A stretch of 64,000 nucleotides of DNA from positions 110,189 through 174,188 of the forward strand of contig NW_019217883.1 in the NCBI RefSeq assembly GCF_002571385.2, given 5' to 3'. The notes beneath the pieces were generated by a model, which saw only the letters and a list, made by a program, of their open reading frames with translations, was not told the DNA's origin and searched no databases. Origin of the DNA: Stylophora pistillata (taxonomy: Eukaryota). Below, piece by piece: positions 52,722 through 64,000 of this stretch (position 1 is the first letter of the stretch; every line of letters starts with the position of its first letter). The position numbers and the translations under genes are program-made.

Positions 52722-53638
52722 CAACAAAACGTCTAATAAGATATATATCAGTCAAAAGGTGTTTGCATTTGAAAGAAAAACGAAGTGATCTTGAAGGTGT
52801 ATATGGTACAAGAAGGTCTGTTAAATAAGTTGGAGTTTACTTATCGAGTGCTTTAAAAATGATTAGAAGAGTCTTAAATTCTATCCGCTGTTAGATGGGT
52901 AGCCAATGGAGTCCCTTGCAATTGAGGAGAAGCGTTATGTTCGAAATTGGCAAGATATTTATCATATCGTTAATTTCCCACACACGAGATTACTGTGTGG
53001 TGGATGTCCTCCCCTGGGGTGAGATGGGTGGGATATTGGGCGCACTTAATTTGGAGCCTCGCTCTGTTGTGCGACCCTGACCACACTCTGGTGAAAGTGA
53101 TTAAATAAATAAATAAATAAATCTCTGTGTTCAAGTAGAGGGGGTAACATTTCAATTAAAATCATTTCGCACCGCTTACTTACTGAGAGATCTAACATTC
53201 ATATATTCATCATATCTGTCTAGAAAACCTAGCCCACTGAGCCTAATGAACAATGAACAATAAAGAGACAATAGAGCAAACAATTTTCAGAACACGTATC
53301 GTTGAATGATTGGTTTTAACATAACGCGAGGCTAGAATTTCATAATCAAAAAAACTTTGCATGCGGACAGCGTCTTCATTACAATCTTGTAGTTTATAGC
53401 CTTTTTCGAAGAAATCAAGCCAATTAAAAATTCTTACAATATCTATATAAAAAGAGTGTGTTCAGAGTGTGAGCACAGCCATATATTTACCATCTTCCAG
53501 GGTTTTAAACAAACTACTCCTGTGTCGAATCCAAGGAAGAATCCGCAGTATGTCGTTGATCTTTCTCTCTTCTGGTCTTCTACAGAGTAAGTCCTCGGAC
53601 AAGTGCAATGTGCCTTGTAACAGAGAATCGTTCGACAT
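49914..53638 (-). CDS. Cyclic nucleotide-binding domain-containing protein (CNBD1/2-like, two cNMP-binding folds)
   Basis: Exons 53638-53491 (MSND..RRPEER..LPWIRHRSSLFKTLE), 51417-51330 (VIVRQGEKGNC) and 51087-49918/49914 (FYVILKGAVSVY, GKSFGEMVL..RNATVIA, VVKQGSPCNAVYLIAKG, IGPNDIIGDVE). Phases are consistent. The 3' end is uncertain because a donor AG|GTGAGA overlaps the stop. Confidence 0.85.
51817..52741. mobile_element. Composite palindromic element, possibly Crypton-derived, in CNBD intron 1
   Basis: Small hairpin 51830-51893; acidic ORF remnant 51972-52140; ~102-bp inverted repeats at 52216-52318 and 52457-52559; 140-bp palindrome at 52600-52741. Confidence 0.6.
52967..53121 (+). mobile_element. 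3' fragment of a SINE with (TAAA)n tail
   Basis: Near-identical to 34285-34432. Confidence 0.8.
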
Positions 53639-55247
53639 GACGAGATTTCTACAACAAAAGAATTTCTGACTCGAGCAGCGTTTAGGCCCTTTACGTCACA
53701 AAGATACCAGTCGAATTGCGCGCGCAATAGGCGTACCTTCCATATAGTTTTTGCGGATGAAAATAAGCCTTCGTGCGCCCGCTTGAAAAGTCGCTTTTTC
53801 TGTTTTCACTTCACAAATGTAATCACTTCACATGCGGAACGCGAGCTTTTGACTGAATACTGCTGGTCCGCCTAACGGGACATGAGGTTGTCCCGTTACT
53901 GCTTAGTATCAAACTTAATCGGCCAAGGCCCAACTACTTTAGAGTTTTAGGACTTTTTCTTTATGTAAAATGGTTCAGCAACTATGGAAAAAGAATAAAA
54001 AGACTAAATTCAATGAAAGCAATTTTCTCCTTGCTTTGCTTTCCTTTGTTACAGAAACTGATAAATATTCCCTAAACATCTGGATGTTATCCTCGCTCAG
54101 GAAGAGAAAATTTAGGCCGCTTTTTATTAAAGTTGTGCAAGACCTTCGAGGTTACTCACGAGCCAGGTTAGGTAGATTGTCGGAAATTGCCCAAGTAAAT
54201 AACATGTCTCAGTTTTGCTTCAAGTACATTTCAGACATTTCAAGACCTATAGTGCCATGAGATTCCCAAAAGCCAGATATCCTACCCAAATTAGCATCTT
54301 AGTGGCTCCTGACTTAGCAAACAAAATAAAATCGCGTGTACTTTAGTTATTTCATTTCATTCAAATGGAGTCCTTGGCAGCTTAAGTATTACAATGCGGG
54401 TGAAACTCAATCAAGGAATGTTTATGTTTAAAGGTTCAGTACTATAAACATCCCCGGCATTCTTTCAGGCGGCTGTTTTACCCAAGTATCTTTAATCTAA
54501 GCCAATTATGTTTTTGAGTCCTGGTGCGCGAAATCAATTTCCATCTAATTCTGTGTTATTTTTATCCATCTAATTACCAAGCAATTTTATGCGAGAGTAG
54601 TGTTTGAGAGATATGTCTCAAGCGAACGGTAAATGGCAAGAATCCGCTGCGCGCTGTACTCGGAATTGCATAGCATTCCAACAAAACAAAACAAAAAAAC
54701 AAAAAAAAAAAAAAACGGCACATAAACAGAAAAGCTCTGATTTACTCACTTTTCCTATAATCTTTTTAAAAAATGCAAAATATCTTTGGGTCAGTGAATT
54801 ACTAAATCATTTTAATTTTCATATCTTTTCTTTTATGTGCAGTAAACGTAATTTTAAATATAGACTTTAGAAATTCCTTTTAAATACCTGCTTTTAATTT
54901 AATCCACCTACGAAAAAAGGTCAGCGATAACCTGAAAAAATAGCCACACTATGGAGAGTTATACCACAATACATCGATGGTAGATCCAAGTTGCCTTATC
55001 AAAGCCAGTGTCTTTCTATAAACATTGCTCAAAGTATTTCAGGAAGACTTCCGCTACACTTATTCTTAAAACTTCCTGCTTAACTCATGCACTTTTTATG
55101 ACATTCCTTTAGGTCTACAGCGTGACAAAACATTCGTCTGGTAATAAATAACACACGCGCGCAAACCGCCAACCCAAGTGAGTTCACTTCGCTCGGATTA
55201 CAGACTGAAGAAGTTTATTTATAGCTTTACGCGGGTGAGTTTAGAAT

Positions 55248-58200
55248 ATGGAGCCGTTTGAACACGAGAAAGATGCTGCACCTCGACCGAGTGTTAGGAG
55301 AACAGCGACTATGAGATGCTTGATCATTTTATCTCTTATGTCATTTATTTTCCTTTTGATTTCAATCGTTTTTATTACGCTATACCTGACGGCAAGATCC
55401 GACACTTCGCGGGCTGATCCGCAGTGCAGCTCAACTTCACAGAAATACTGTGGATCACAATCGTGCCTTCTCACTGCTCAAGGTAAGATTTATTGTACTT
55501 CGGGACATGAACATGGCGCCTTCGACAACGCAGAATTGCTTGTTACTTTTTACATTAATTACTCCCCAGGGTTGCTAAATAAGGTAAACTTTCGAGACAA
55601 TTTTCGTGCGGAAAATTGAGTGATTAATAATTGATGTTGTTAACTTTTAACCAAATTAGTGAAATTATCATTTGACAAGCTGAAAACAACCATGATTTAT
55701 CGACTACTTATCTATCGAGGAATCTTGGCCTTGAACTTTGTCAATTCAATGTTTATCTTGTTTCAAAGTTAAATTAAACATGTTTTGAGGTTATGTATTT
55801 TTTTTAACAGAGTCCCCTTCGGTAATCCCTTGCGGAAACCAATTGAGCTCTGAACCCCCTTGCTGTTTACCTGCTGGTGCTTAATGTAATTTTGAACTGA
55901 AATGTGCATGCAACCGGCAATACACACAGTAAATAGAACAGCAACTTCTGCTCTTTTCGACTTATTCTTGCGCTCAGCGGCGAGAACCAAATATTTTATT
56001 CTCGCATAATGAAGCAATAAACCGCACTTTCCATCGGTTTACCAGCGTAATGACTCACGCAGAGATTTGGAAAACACGAGAAAAGCTTGTAAATAAAGAT
56101 TTGAAAAGCAAGTGACTAACAAATGTTGTGAGTTAACATTCCAAGTGACTTACTATCCTGCTGCGGTGTTTTGCTTCTAATAAAATAGGAATTAGTCTAT
56201 TGTTAGAAAAAAAATGACAGATTTTTGACGAATCAGAGTACATATAGTTTCTCATCTATGTTAAGGCAATATAGCCGTCACACTTTCTGTCGGTTTGTCA
56301 CGCGGAATTTTGCCAGAAGACGAGCGAAACTTGTGAAACACGAATCAAAGGAGAGTAATTTCCGAATCGTTGGAACAACTATCGGTAAACTCATCGAGGG
56401 TGCGTTCTATTGCTTTAATAAAATAACCACGGCTTTTCTAAGACAAGAAACGATGTCTTTTTGCCTGATTATTGAACTTTTCAATTGGGCGTACAGTGGA
56501 ACGGAATCTTGGATACAAGACGCATATGTTGCCATTTATATCGATATTTATTCTCATCTCACTTACTTCACTTACTTTATTTCTTTTCTGAGTATCAGTG
56601 CAATCTGAGGCAGGCATGGGGCGAGTGCGAGGCGAGCGCGAGGTGAGCGCGAGACGAGCGAGGGACTGGCGCGAACCCTCGGGAAAAGCGCCTTACTCGC
56701 CTTTCAAAACAAAAGCCTGTCCTTCATGGTTTTGTGCGATTATCGGAGGCGAATGGAAGAGTGGAGGCCAAGTATATATTTAAAGCTATACATTTGTTGG
56801 GAAGAGGAGCTTACAAGAGCAAGGCCTGAGGTCAACTGAACTGTTGACATCAGGATATTTATAAGTCGAGCACGGTTACTAGGTAAGAGGATTAAGGTCT
56901 AATCCCCCAGTTTACCAACCGGAATTTTCTTTTCTTCTTGTTAAGATGCCTTTAAGCAGCTGAATCAGAGTGTCGATCCATGTGAGGATTTTTACGAGTA
57001 TGTATGTGGCGGATGGGAAAACGAGAATCCCTTAGGTGATGGCGAGACATTTGTTAGTGGCCTTACATTGGCCAGAGAGAAAAGCTTCAATATACTGAAG
57101 AAAGCTTTGGAAAATGCCAACAGAAACTACTCACAGGTAAGTGAAATTGTTGTTTTTCTTTTCCCTTGTGGTCATTTCTGCTGACAACGTCAGGTGTATG
57201 TATATGCCTTCATTTCCAGAATGAGGCTGTTATGAAGACCGTGGATTTTTTCAACACTTGCAATAACACAGCGGCTGTTGAGGCTCTCGGAGACGATCCG
57301 CTCAAGAAGTTGATTGACAAAATGGGGGGATGGAACGTGACTGGTAACATAACGCCCTTGTCATTGATGAGTATCGCACAGAGGATTGGCAAAGTGTCGA
57401 GGGAATTGTTTATCAAACCTTTTGTTGACATCGGAGTGTCTGTCGATCCTCATAACTCCAACAAACACATTCTACAGGTCGGTTGTGATCCATCTATCGC
57501 GGTCTTTCAAATTGAAGGAAAAGTATGTTCTACTCAAAGGAATAATTAAAAAGTCAGTACTAATCACTTTGAGATTCCGAAGAGTGACCTAACCGGTTGA
57601 GAGTCGTCTTTTAGTGTGCTATATGTCTGACTATGGAGGCCGCCATTTTGAAAAATAACTCAGTCACCTGGCCGCGCCGTTTGCAAACGGCTGCTGCTTA
57701 GATTATGACAAAAAAAAAGGACAAAGGTAAAATCGTCGGTCGAACCAAGAACGAAATACTTTTCGAACAATTTCAAGTGAAAACCAACTTGTGCGGACTT
57801 GTGCATTTTGAAAATATGAACAAATTTTAGCTAAAAACCATTTAATTGAGTGAGATATGTTTGGAGGTTCAGCGACTGTCCCGGAATAGAGCACTGCACA
57901 TGTCTAAATAACCTGATTTTATCCCATTTAGTTCAATAGGGGACAACTCGGTATGCTTATATCCTATTACACAAAGAATACAACCGAACATCAAACTGTA
58001 AGTACACGCACGCGTATTCAAACAAACCTTTTGAGGCTAGTAAAAAGTTACTGTTAGTTCGCTCGTCGAACTTTGTGCATGCGTTGGAAGGAGTCAAATT
58101 CTGGTCACTGTCTTCTCCATCGTTGTAGCTGTTACAAAGAAGACTTCGAGTTGCCTTTTATGCCGCTGCTACATTGCACCCTTAAAATGCGGTGATTATT

Positions 58201-61200
58201 TTAATCAATTTTCGCCCTGTCTAAATACTTCTTGAAAAATAATTTTTGGTCTTCCGTGTGCTCTTTCAAACAGGCCAGGGCCATAGATTCAATCAAAAAG
58301 CGACCGAGTCTTTCATTCCTTTTAAAACAAGTCTTACGAGTTGGAGCATCATACGTTAGCACCTATGAATGGACAAGGTTGCGACTTTTTTTTTTACAGT
58401 GACTAGTTGGTATGCGATAGACAACTTGCAATAAATTAAAGATAAAAAGCATGGCTATTAAAGTTTCTTTCTGGCTTTGAGAAGTAAAGATTCTCTTTAT
58501 CCGATCAGTATCGTAGATTTCTTTCTGTCTCAGGTTCGGGAAGCTTATAAAAAGTATATGAAAAAAATAGCCAAGTTTCTCGGCGGAGGCCCCGACTCAG
58601 ACGAACAAATGATGAAAGTGTTTGACCTGGAAACTGAATTGGCAAAGGTTAGGAGAAGAGAATGTATTTGAATTGGTTAATGGTATCTTGTCCTTCTTTG
58701 TTGATTCCCATTATGTCTGAGATATTTCCATACTCATAGCCCTCCTTCTGTTGGATTCCATGATTTAGTAAGAACCCATAAACTCCGATATACCCCAACA
58801 TCAGTTATAGCATAACCAAAGTAAAGCGCGCGCTCTGATTGGGCAATTCAGCGTCGACCATATGCCCATGGGTGTACGCTGCTGACGTGAGCAAATGCAA
58901 AGACTAGTTTTCCGCGCGCGCTTGTTTTTCCTAGTCATGAAAGATTTGTCAAATAAAAGAAAACTCTTTTGCTACAATGCATCAATGTTATGTTATAAAA
59001 CAAATGGTAAACGCCACAGTGTACACTATTGACTTATGGATGCACATGGGAGGATTGCTTAGCACTCAAGAAGCAAGAATCGCTCTCGGCTATCGCCTCG
59101 TGCGACTCTTACGCTTCTTTCGTGCTTAACAATCTCCCGCGTGCATCCTTAACTCAATAGTGTACGCTGTAGTGTTTACCATTTGTTAACCCTACCCATT
59201 TCCTGTGGCATTACAGTAAATGGTTTGAACCCGGGGGGGGGTACCTGGACGATCGCACTACACTGTCTCCTGTGGTATTGATAAGATGAATTTGTTACAC
59301 ACTCAACAGATTCTTTAGTTTGCGATTATTCTTTTATTCTCATTACCTTAATGTTTCACTCAAGGTTCGTACGGTAAGGAGAAATTAGATCATAGCAGAA
59401 ACTGTAGGGAGTGAAAGGGTTGATTTATTCAGCTATTTTTTTTCCTTAAAACATAGTTGTATAGAACGCCAGATGAAAGCTCCATTATAGAAACTCTGCA
59501 GAAAAAATTACCAGCTGGAATGGCCACCTTTGAGCTGAGGACAACTTTGCAGCGATTCAGCTCCGCATCTAGATTAAAAGTAAGTTGACGATAAAAAATC
59601 ACGCTCTTCTCGGGATCGACACAATTACATCGGGAAGTGTGCCTGAACACCATTTATTTTTACCTGTGCACATGCCACTCGGCTTTCATAACTGAGATCG
59701 TGTTAAGACTTTCTGCCTGTTATTTTGTGGCTATACTCTCAGCCAAAACACTAATATTTCGCAAGCATGTGCCGTGTCCCATGTTTTCATGATGCAGCTA
59801 CATTTGTCATGTTTAGATCCCTAAGTGATTGTCGCACGCTTGCCCAGGGGTGGTTAAAGCTATAACAATTTCCCTGTTTGAAAGACGATTGACATTTTCC
59901 GTTCTTTGACTAGCTCAGCCTTTATCACTTTCCTTGTTTTCTGTTGTTACTTTTTTTTGTTAAATGTATATTTTTTGTTATTTCTTAAAACGTTTTCCAG
60001 CCTTCCTTGTCGTTTTCCAGCCTTCCTTGTCGAAAAATAGCATCTGCTCGAAAGCCTGGAAAGAGATTCAAATCACTCGCGCGCGTTGCCCGCTACGCGC
60101 GAGCGGTTGCGCGTGAGCACGGAGGCGTGAAGTAGCGCCAGAGCATACATAGCGCCAGAGCCCATGTCCGACTTTCTGTTGAATGAAGATTTTTTTCAGT
60201 TCCTCGTTTGAATTTCTTTCTGTTTCTTTCACTTGTTATTCAGCTCGAAAACCTTGTGGACTTGGTAAATGCAGTTTTTAAAAAACAGGGTCGGAAATTC
60301 AAGAAAGACGAGAAAATTCTCGCTTATCCCAGAGATATTTACGCCAATCTTTTCAAGTTTTACGAGAATAGGACAAGAACGTAAGTGTTTGTGATTTTAT
60401 TTTGTTTAGCATTTGTTATATCATTTAGAAAACCGCGAAACGGAAATTATGTCCATGTTGGATTAATTAAAGTATCTTTTTTTACATGTGATGGTCATTT
60501 TACTTCATGTAATTAACTTTTCTGTCAACTGGGTAGCCGAAAATTGCGATAAGAAGACTCGTGGGAAGGCTTGCGGGTGGCTTACTCAAGGATAACAAAC
60601 TTTTTTGGGACGAAATAAGAAAGATAGTCCACTTTGAGCGCAGTCGTAATATGAAGAGAAATGTGGTTGAGTTGTCACGCGCGAAGGACGAAGAAAAAAA
60701 CACGAGCTTCCTCAGAAGCTAAGTTTCAGGTTACGTGGTCGGATGTGGTAACTTTAATGTTAACCACCAACGAAGCTTTTTCAATAGCCGTCCATCAAAT
60801 ACGAATCAATCATCTTAATGACTTACATTTCAGCCAAATTGAACTACGTATTATTAAAAGCTGTGTTAAGTTGTAGATTGAAAAGGTTAACTGAATTGCA
60901 TCACGGTATATCAAAAGGGCAGTCAAGTTCACGCGGCTAACTTTGCGGCCGAACTTTTCCAGCGGTTTGATGTGTGATAACTTATAACGTGATGGATGAG
61001 CACTCAATGTTGTACTAGTAAAATATTAAGCCTGGTTTTGGAATATTAAACCATGGCAGACCGGCGAGCTATCGCTATTTGCACTCCCACTAAGACGTCG
61101 GCGTATAAGGATGGAACTCGTTCACAGCTGGTATAGACGTCGAAATGTCAGCGTTCTTTTTTTTTATTTTTATTTTATTTGATTCACAAACTTACAAATT

Positions 61201-63450
61201 ACAAATACAGTCACTTACGTAATTTACAGTACAATACGACTACTCACATTATTTACAGGATAACAACGGTTTACACTACTTACAAAACAGTTCAAAGCTT
61301 ACACCACTATCATTACATTCTCCTATTACTACTATCACTACTAAGTGCCACTGTTACTAGTTTTACAGTATTATAATACACTATACTATAAAATAGTAAC
61401 ACAGATATTACTACTTCTAGTATTGCAATTAGCTTAACCAGTTACTTATTTATTAGCCACTTTTTATTAAATTTATCTAAAGTATTATTGAACAACAACA
61501 AACATATGAAACATATGAGTGAACTGCGGTTATGAGACGTGTATAAGAACGATCCTTCGCAGTAAAGCACTATTTGAGCAATAGTGGAAATCAGACCTGA
61601 AAAAAATTTCAGGCCTGTACGGGATTCGAACCACTGACCTCTGCGATACTAGTGCAGCGCTCTACCAATTGAGCTAACAAGCCAACTGGGAGCAGGCCAT
61701 CAAATTAATTCGATATAAACCCGTAGATGATAAATCGAACAACAACAAACATATGAAACATATGAGTGAACTGCGGTTATGAGACGTATATAAGAACGAT
61801 CCTTCGCAGTAAAGCACTATTTGAGCAATAGTGGAAATCAGACCTGAAAAAAATTTCAGGCCTGTACGGGATTCGAACCACTGACCTCTGCGATACTAGT
61901 GCAGCGCTCTACCAATTGAGCTAACAAGCCAACTGGGAGCAGGCCATCAAATTAATTCGATATAAACCCGTAGATGATAAATCGAACAACAACAAACATA
62001 TGAAACATATGAGTGAACTGCGGTTATGAGACGTATATAAGAACGATCCTTCGCAGTAAAGCACTATTTGAGCAATAGTGGAAATCAGACCTGAAAAAAA
62101 TTTCAGGCCTGTACGGGATTCGAACCACTGACCTCTGCGATACTAGTGCAGCGCTCTACCAATTGAGCTAACAAGCCAACTGGGAGCAGGCCATCAAATT
62201 AATTCGATATAAACCCGTAGATGATAAATCGAACAACAACAAACATATGAAACATATGAGTGAACTGCGGTTATGAGACGTGTATAAGAACGATCCTTCG
62301 CAGTAAAGCACTATTTGAGCAATAGTGGAAATCAGACCTGAAAAAAATTTCAGGCCTGTACGGGATTCGAACCACTGACCTCTGCGATACTAGTGCAGCG
62401 CTCTACCAATTGAGCTAACAAGCCAACTGGGAGCAGGCCATCAAATTAATTCGATATAAACCCGTAGATGATAAATCGAACAACAACAAACATATGAAAC
62501 ATATGAGTGAACTGCGGTTATGAGACGTATATAAGAACGATCCTTCGCAGTAAAGCACTATTTGAGCAATAGTGGAAATCAGACCTGAAAAAAATTTCAG
62601 GCCTGTACGGGATTCGAACCACTGACCTCTGCGATACTAGTGCAGCGCTCTACCAATTGAGCTAACAAGCCAACTGGGAGCAGGCCATCAAATTAATTCG
62701 ATATAAACCCGTAGATGATAAATCGAACAACAACAAACATATGAAACATATGAGTGAACTGCGGTTATGAGACGTATATAAGAACGATCCTTCGCAGTAA
62801 AGCACTATTTGAGCAATAGTGGAAATCANCAGAGTGTAATAATGTTTTGATGTCTTTTCCAAAACATCAAAGACCTTGTTGTTGATCATCAAAGAGTGAG
62901 AGATTTCCAACATGGGGTTAGTGTTTGTTTTTAAGTGGGACGGTATAGCACGTCGAAGACCCGCCCAAACCAAAAAGTTTGTTTTGTTGATAATATTTAA
63001 AATAACATTATAGGAGTCTATATTATTTAATTCAAATAAGAGATCGTTTGTCAGCGTTCTTGATTTCGTCGAACATAGGGAGAATATATTTTCTTGGCAA
63101 AGTTAAATTAATTCGAACTGAATGTGACTTGAGAGATTTTATGTGATTCTTTTGGTGACTCTTTACGGGAAAAACACATTTGCTTAAACTGATTTCCTTC
63201 ATCATTTTAATTTGCATGCAGGGACCCCTTGATTGTTGTCAATTACATCATCTGGACTGTTATCAATAACTTTATCAGAGTGATGCCGCAAAAATACAGG
63301 GAGGCACGGGATGAGTATGTGACCGCCATGTCAGGAAAGAAAACCAGATACCGCTGGAAAGATTGCATTAACGGAATGCAGTCAATATTTGGAATGCCGC
63401 TGGGCCTGCTGTTCGTGGACGTAGCATTCGACGAAAAAAGCAAGGAAACG
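55248..63450 (+). CDS. M13 family metallopeptidase (neprilysin/endothelin-converting-enzyme-like), type II membrane, partial; continues off the right edge
   Basis: Exons 55248-55482, 56946-57136, 57220-57477, 57932-57997, 58534-58647, 59457-59579, 60244-60380, 63222-63450. Signal anchor followed by C..C, LNQSVDPCEDFYEYVCGGW, PLKKLIDKMGGW, VFDLETELAK, NYIIW and RWKDC..FGMPLGLLFV. The catalytic HExxH is outside the window. Confidence 0.92.
58808..59186. mobile_element. Palindromic non-autonomous element with CTCTGATTGG subterminal motif
   Basis: Arms AAATGGTAAAC..GTACACTATTGA..GGATGCAC / GTGCATCC..TCAATAGTGTAC..GTTTACCATTTG around CTCGGCTATCGCCTCG. Similar decayed hairpins at about 8190-8290, 48105-48300 and 56015-56170. 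Confidence 0.7.
61490..62828 (-). repeat. Tandem array of 247-bp tRNA-containing units (5 complete + 1 partial, ending at an N)
   Basis: Unit starts at 61491, 61738, 61985, 62232, 62479 and 62726. Units are identical except for one G/A site. Confidence 0.97.
61611..61683 (-). tRNA. tRNA-Thr(AGT)-like cloverleaf (probable pseudo-tRNA/SINE); identical copies at 61858-61930, 62105-62177, 62352-62424 and 62599-62671
   Basis: Acceptor GGCTTGT/ACAGGCC (7 bp), D-arm GCTC/GAGC, anticodon loop CTAGTAT, B-box GGTTCGAATCC, downstream T7. There is an A-C mismatch in the anticodon stem and two mismatches in the T-stem. Confidence 0.6.
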
Positions 63451-64000
63451 GTAAAAAATCTCAGAAAGCTCATCCCAGTATTACAGTTTTACCACACCTT
63501 TTACAAATAAGAATAGTTGATTGTCTGCTCAGTAATGACGAAAGAAATGCGACAACTTTGTATTAGCATGATATCAACAAGGAATTTAAAATTCGTCTAG
63601 AGAACCGTTGACTAGAAGAAAAACATTTCCCGAGAATGTTCGACCGAATTAGTTGCCCTCTTTTGTATTTTTTTGATATTTGATTATTCTATTTTTCTGT
63701 CATATGGATACGATGATATGATTGGCAAAACCATAAGACCCCAGCTTGTTCTGTTCTCTTGCCATATCTTAAATGTATTAATGTAGGTGTACTTTGTCTA
63801 GAATTTTGAATCTCTTGCTCTGTAAATCTTTTATTATTTTATAATATACGTATTAAACACCGCCCGCCTCGAGTAGCCTTTGCTAACTGCGGGCAGTACA
63901 TATTTTTTGAAATATTGTAATAATAATAAGAATAAATAATAATAATAATGATAATAATAATAATATCTATAAAATCCTCTACAATACAAAATATTAACAG

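Larger units (their letters stand above)
61159..63048 (-). mobile_element. 5'-truncated Tx1/L1-like non-LTR retrotransposon with 13-bp TSD and poly(A) tail, interrupted by the tandem array
   Basis: TSD TGTCAGCGTTCTT at 61146-61158 and 63049-63061. Minus frame 63048-62830 reads NDLLFEL..TNFLVWAGLRRAIPSHLK..KTSKHYYTL. After the array it reads NNTLDKFNKKWLINK*, then a TGTA-rich 3'UTR and an AATAAA/poly(A) tail. Confidence 0.8.

Noticed and set aside
61490-62828. Functional tRNA-Thr gene cluster, or a CRISPR/hammerhead retrozyme array
   Set aside because: The T-stem has two mismatches and the anticodon stem one. Units are identical (no spacers), and I found no CUGANGA/GAAA core by eye.
63032-63217. 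61-aa ORF as a continuation of the Tx1-like element
   Set aside because: It lies mostly outside the TSD (63049-63061), so it is host intron sequence.

Overview
AT-rich, intron-containing eukaryotic genomic DNA, most likely a cnidarian/stony coral. The taxon call is an inference from recalled repeat families and gene content. I assembled six spliced genes by hand from GT-AG boundaries and reading-phase matching: (1) a B4GALNT3/4-like PA14-domain glycosyltransferase (-, runs off the left edge, with an in-frame TAA in exon 2); (2) ICE2/NARG2 (-); (3,4) two tandem 10-exon MFSD12-like transporters (+), with a third, decayed copy of exon 1 inside intron 1 of the second; (5) a cyclic-nucleotide-binding-domain protein (-), head-to-head with (6) an M13 neprilysin/ECE-like peptidase (+, runs off the right edge). 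There is also an intronless orphan multipass membrane ORF and an orphan exon at about 39.6-40.05 kb. Introns are full of mobile DNA: a CR1/L2-type LINE fragment, tRNA-headed SINEs, several MITE families with nested insertions, long palindromic (possibly Crypton-derived) elements and a Penelope-type terminal repeat with an intact minimal hammerhead ribozyme. The most unusual structure is at 61.1-63.1 kb. It is a near-perfect tandem array of 247-bp units, each carrying an internal tRNA-Thr(AGT)-like cloverleaf, a hairpin and a T-run. The array sits inside the ORF2 end of a 5'-truncated Tx1/L1-like retrotransposon that has a 13-bp target-site duplication. A diverged solo copy of the same unit lies at about 6.4 kb. 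All family assignments come from remembered motifs; no database search was run.
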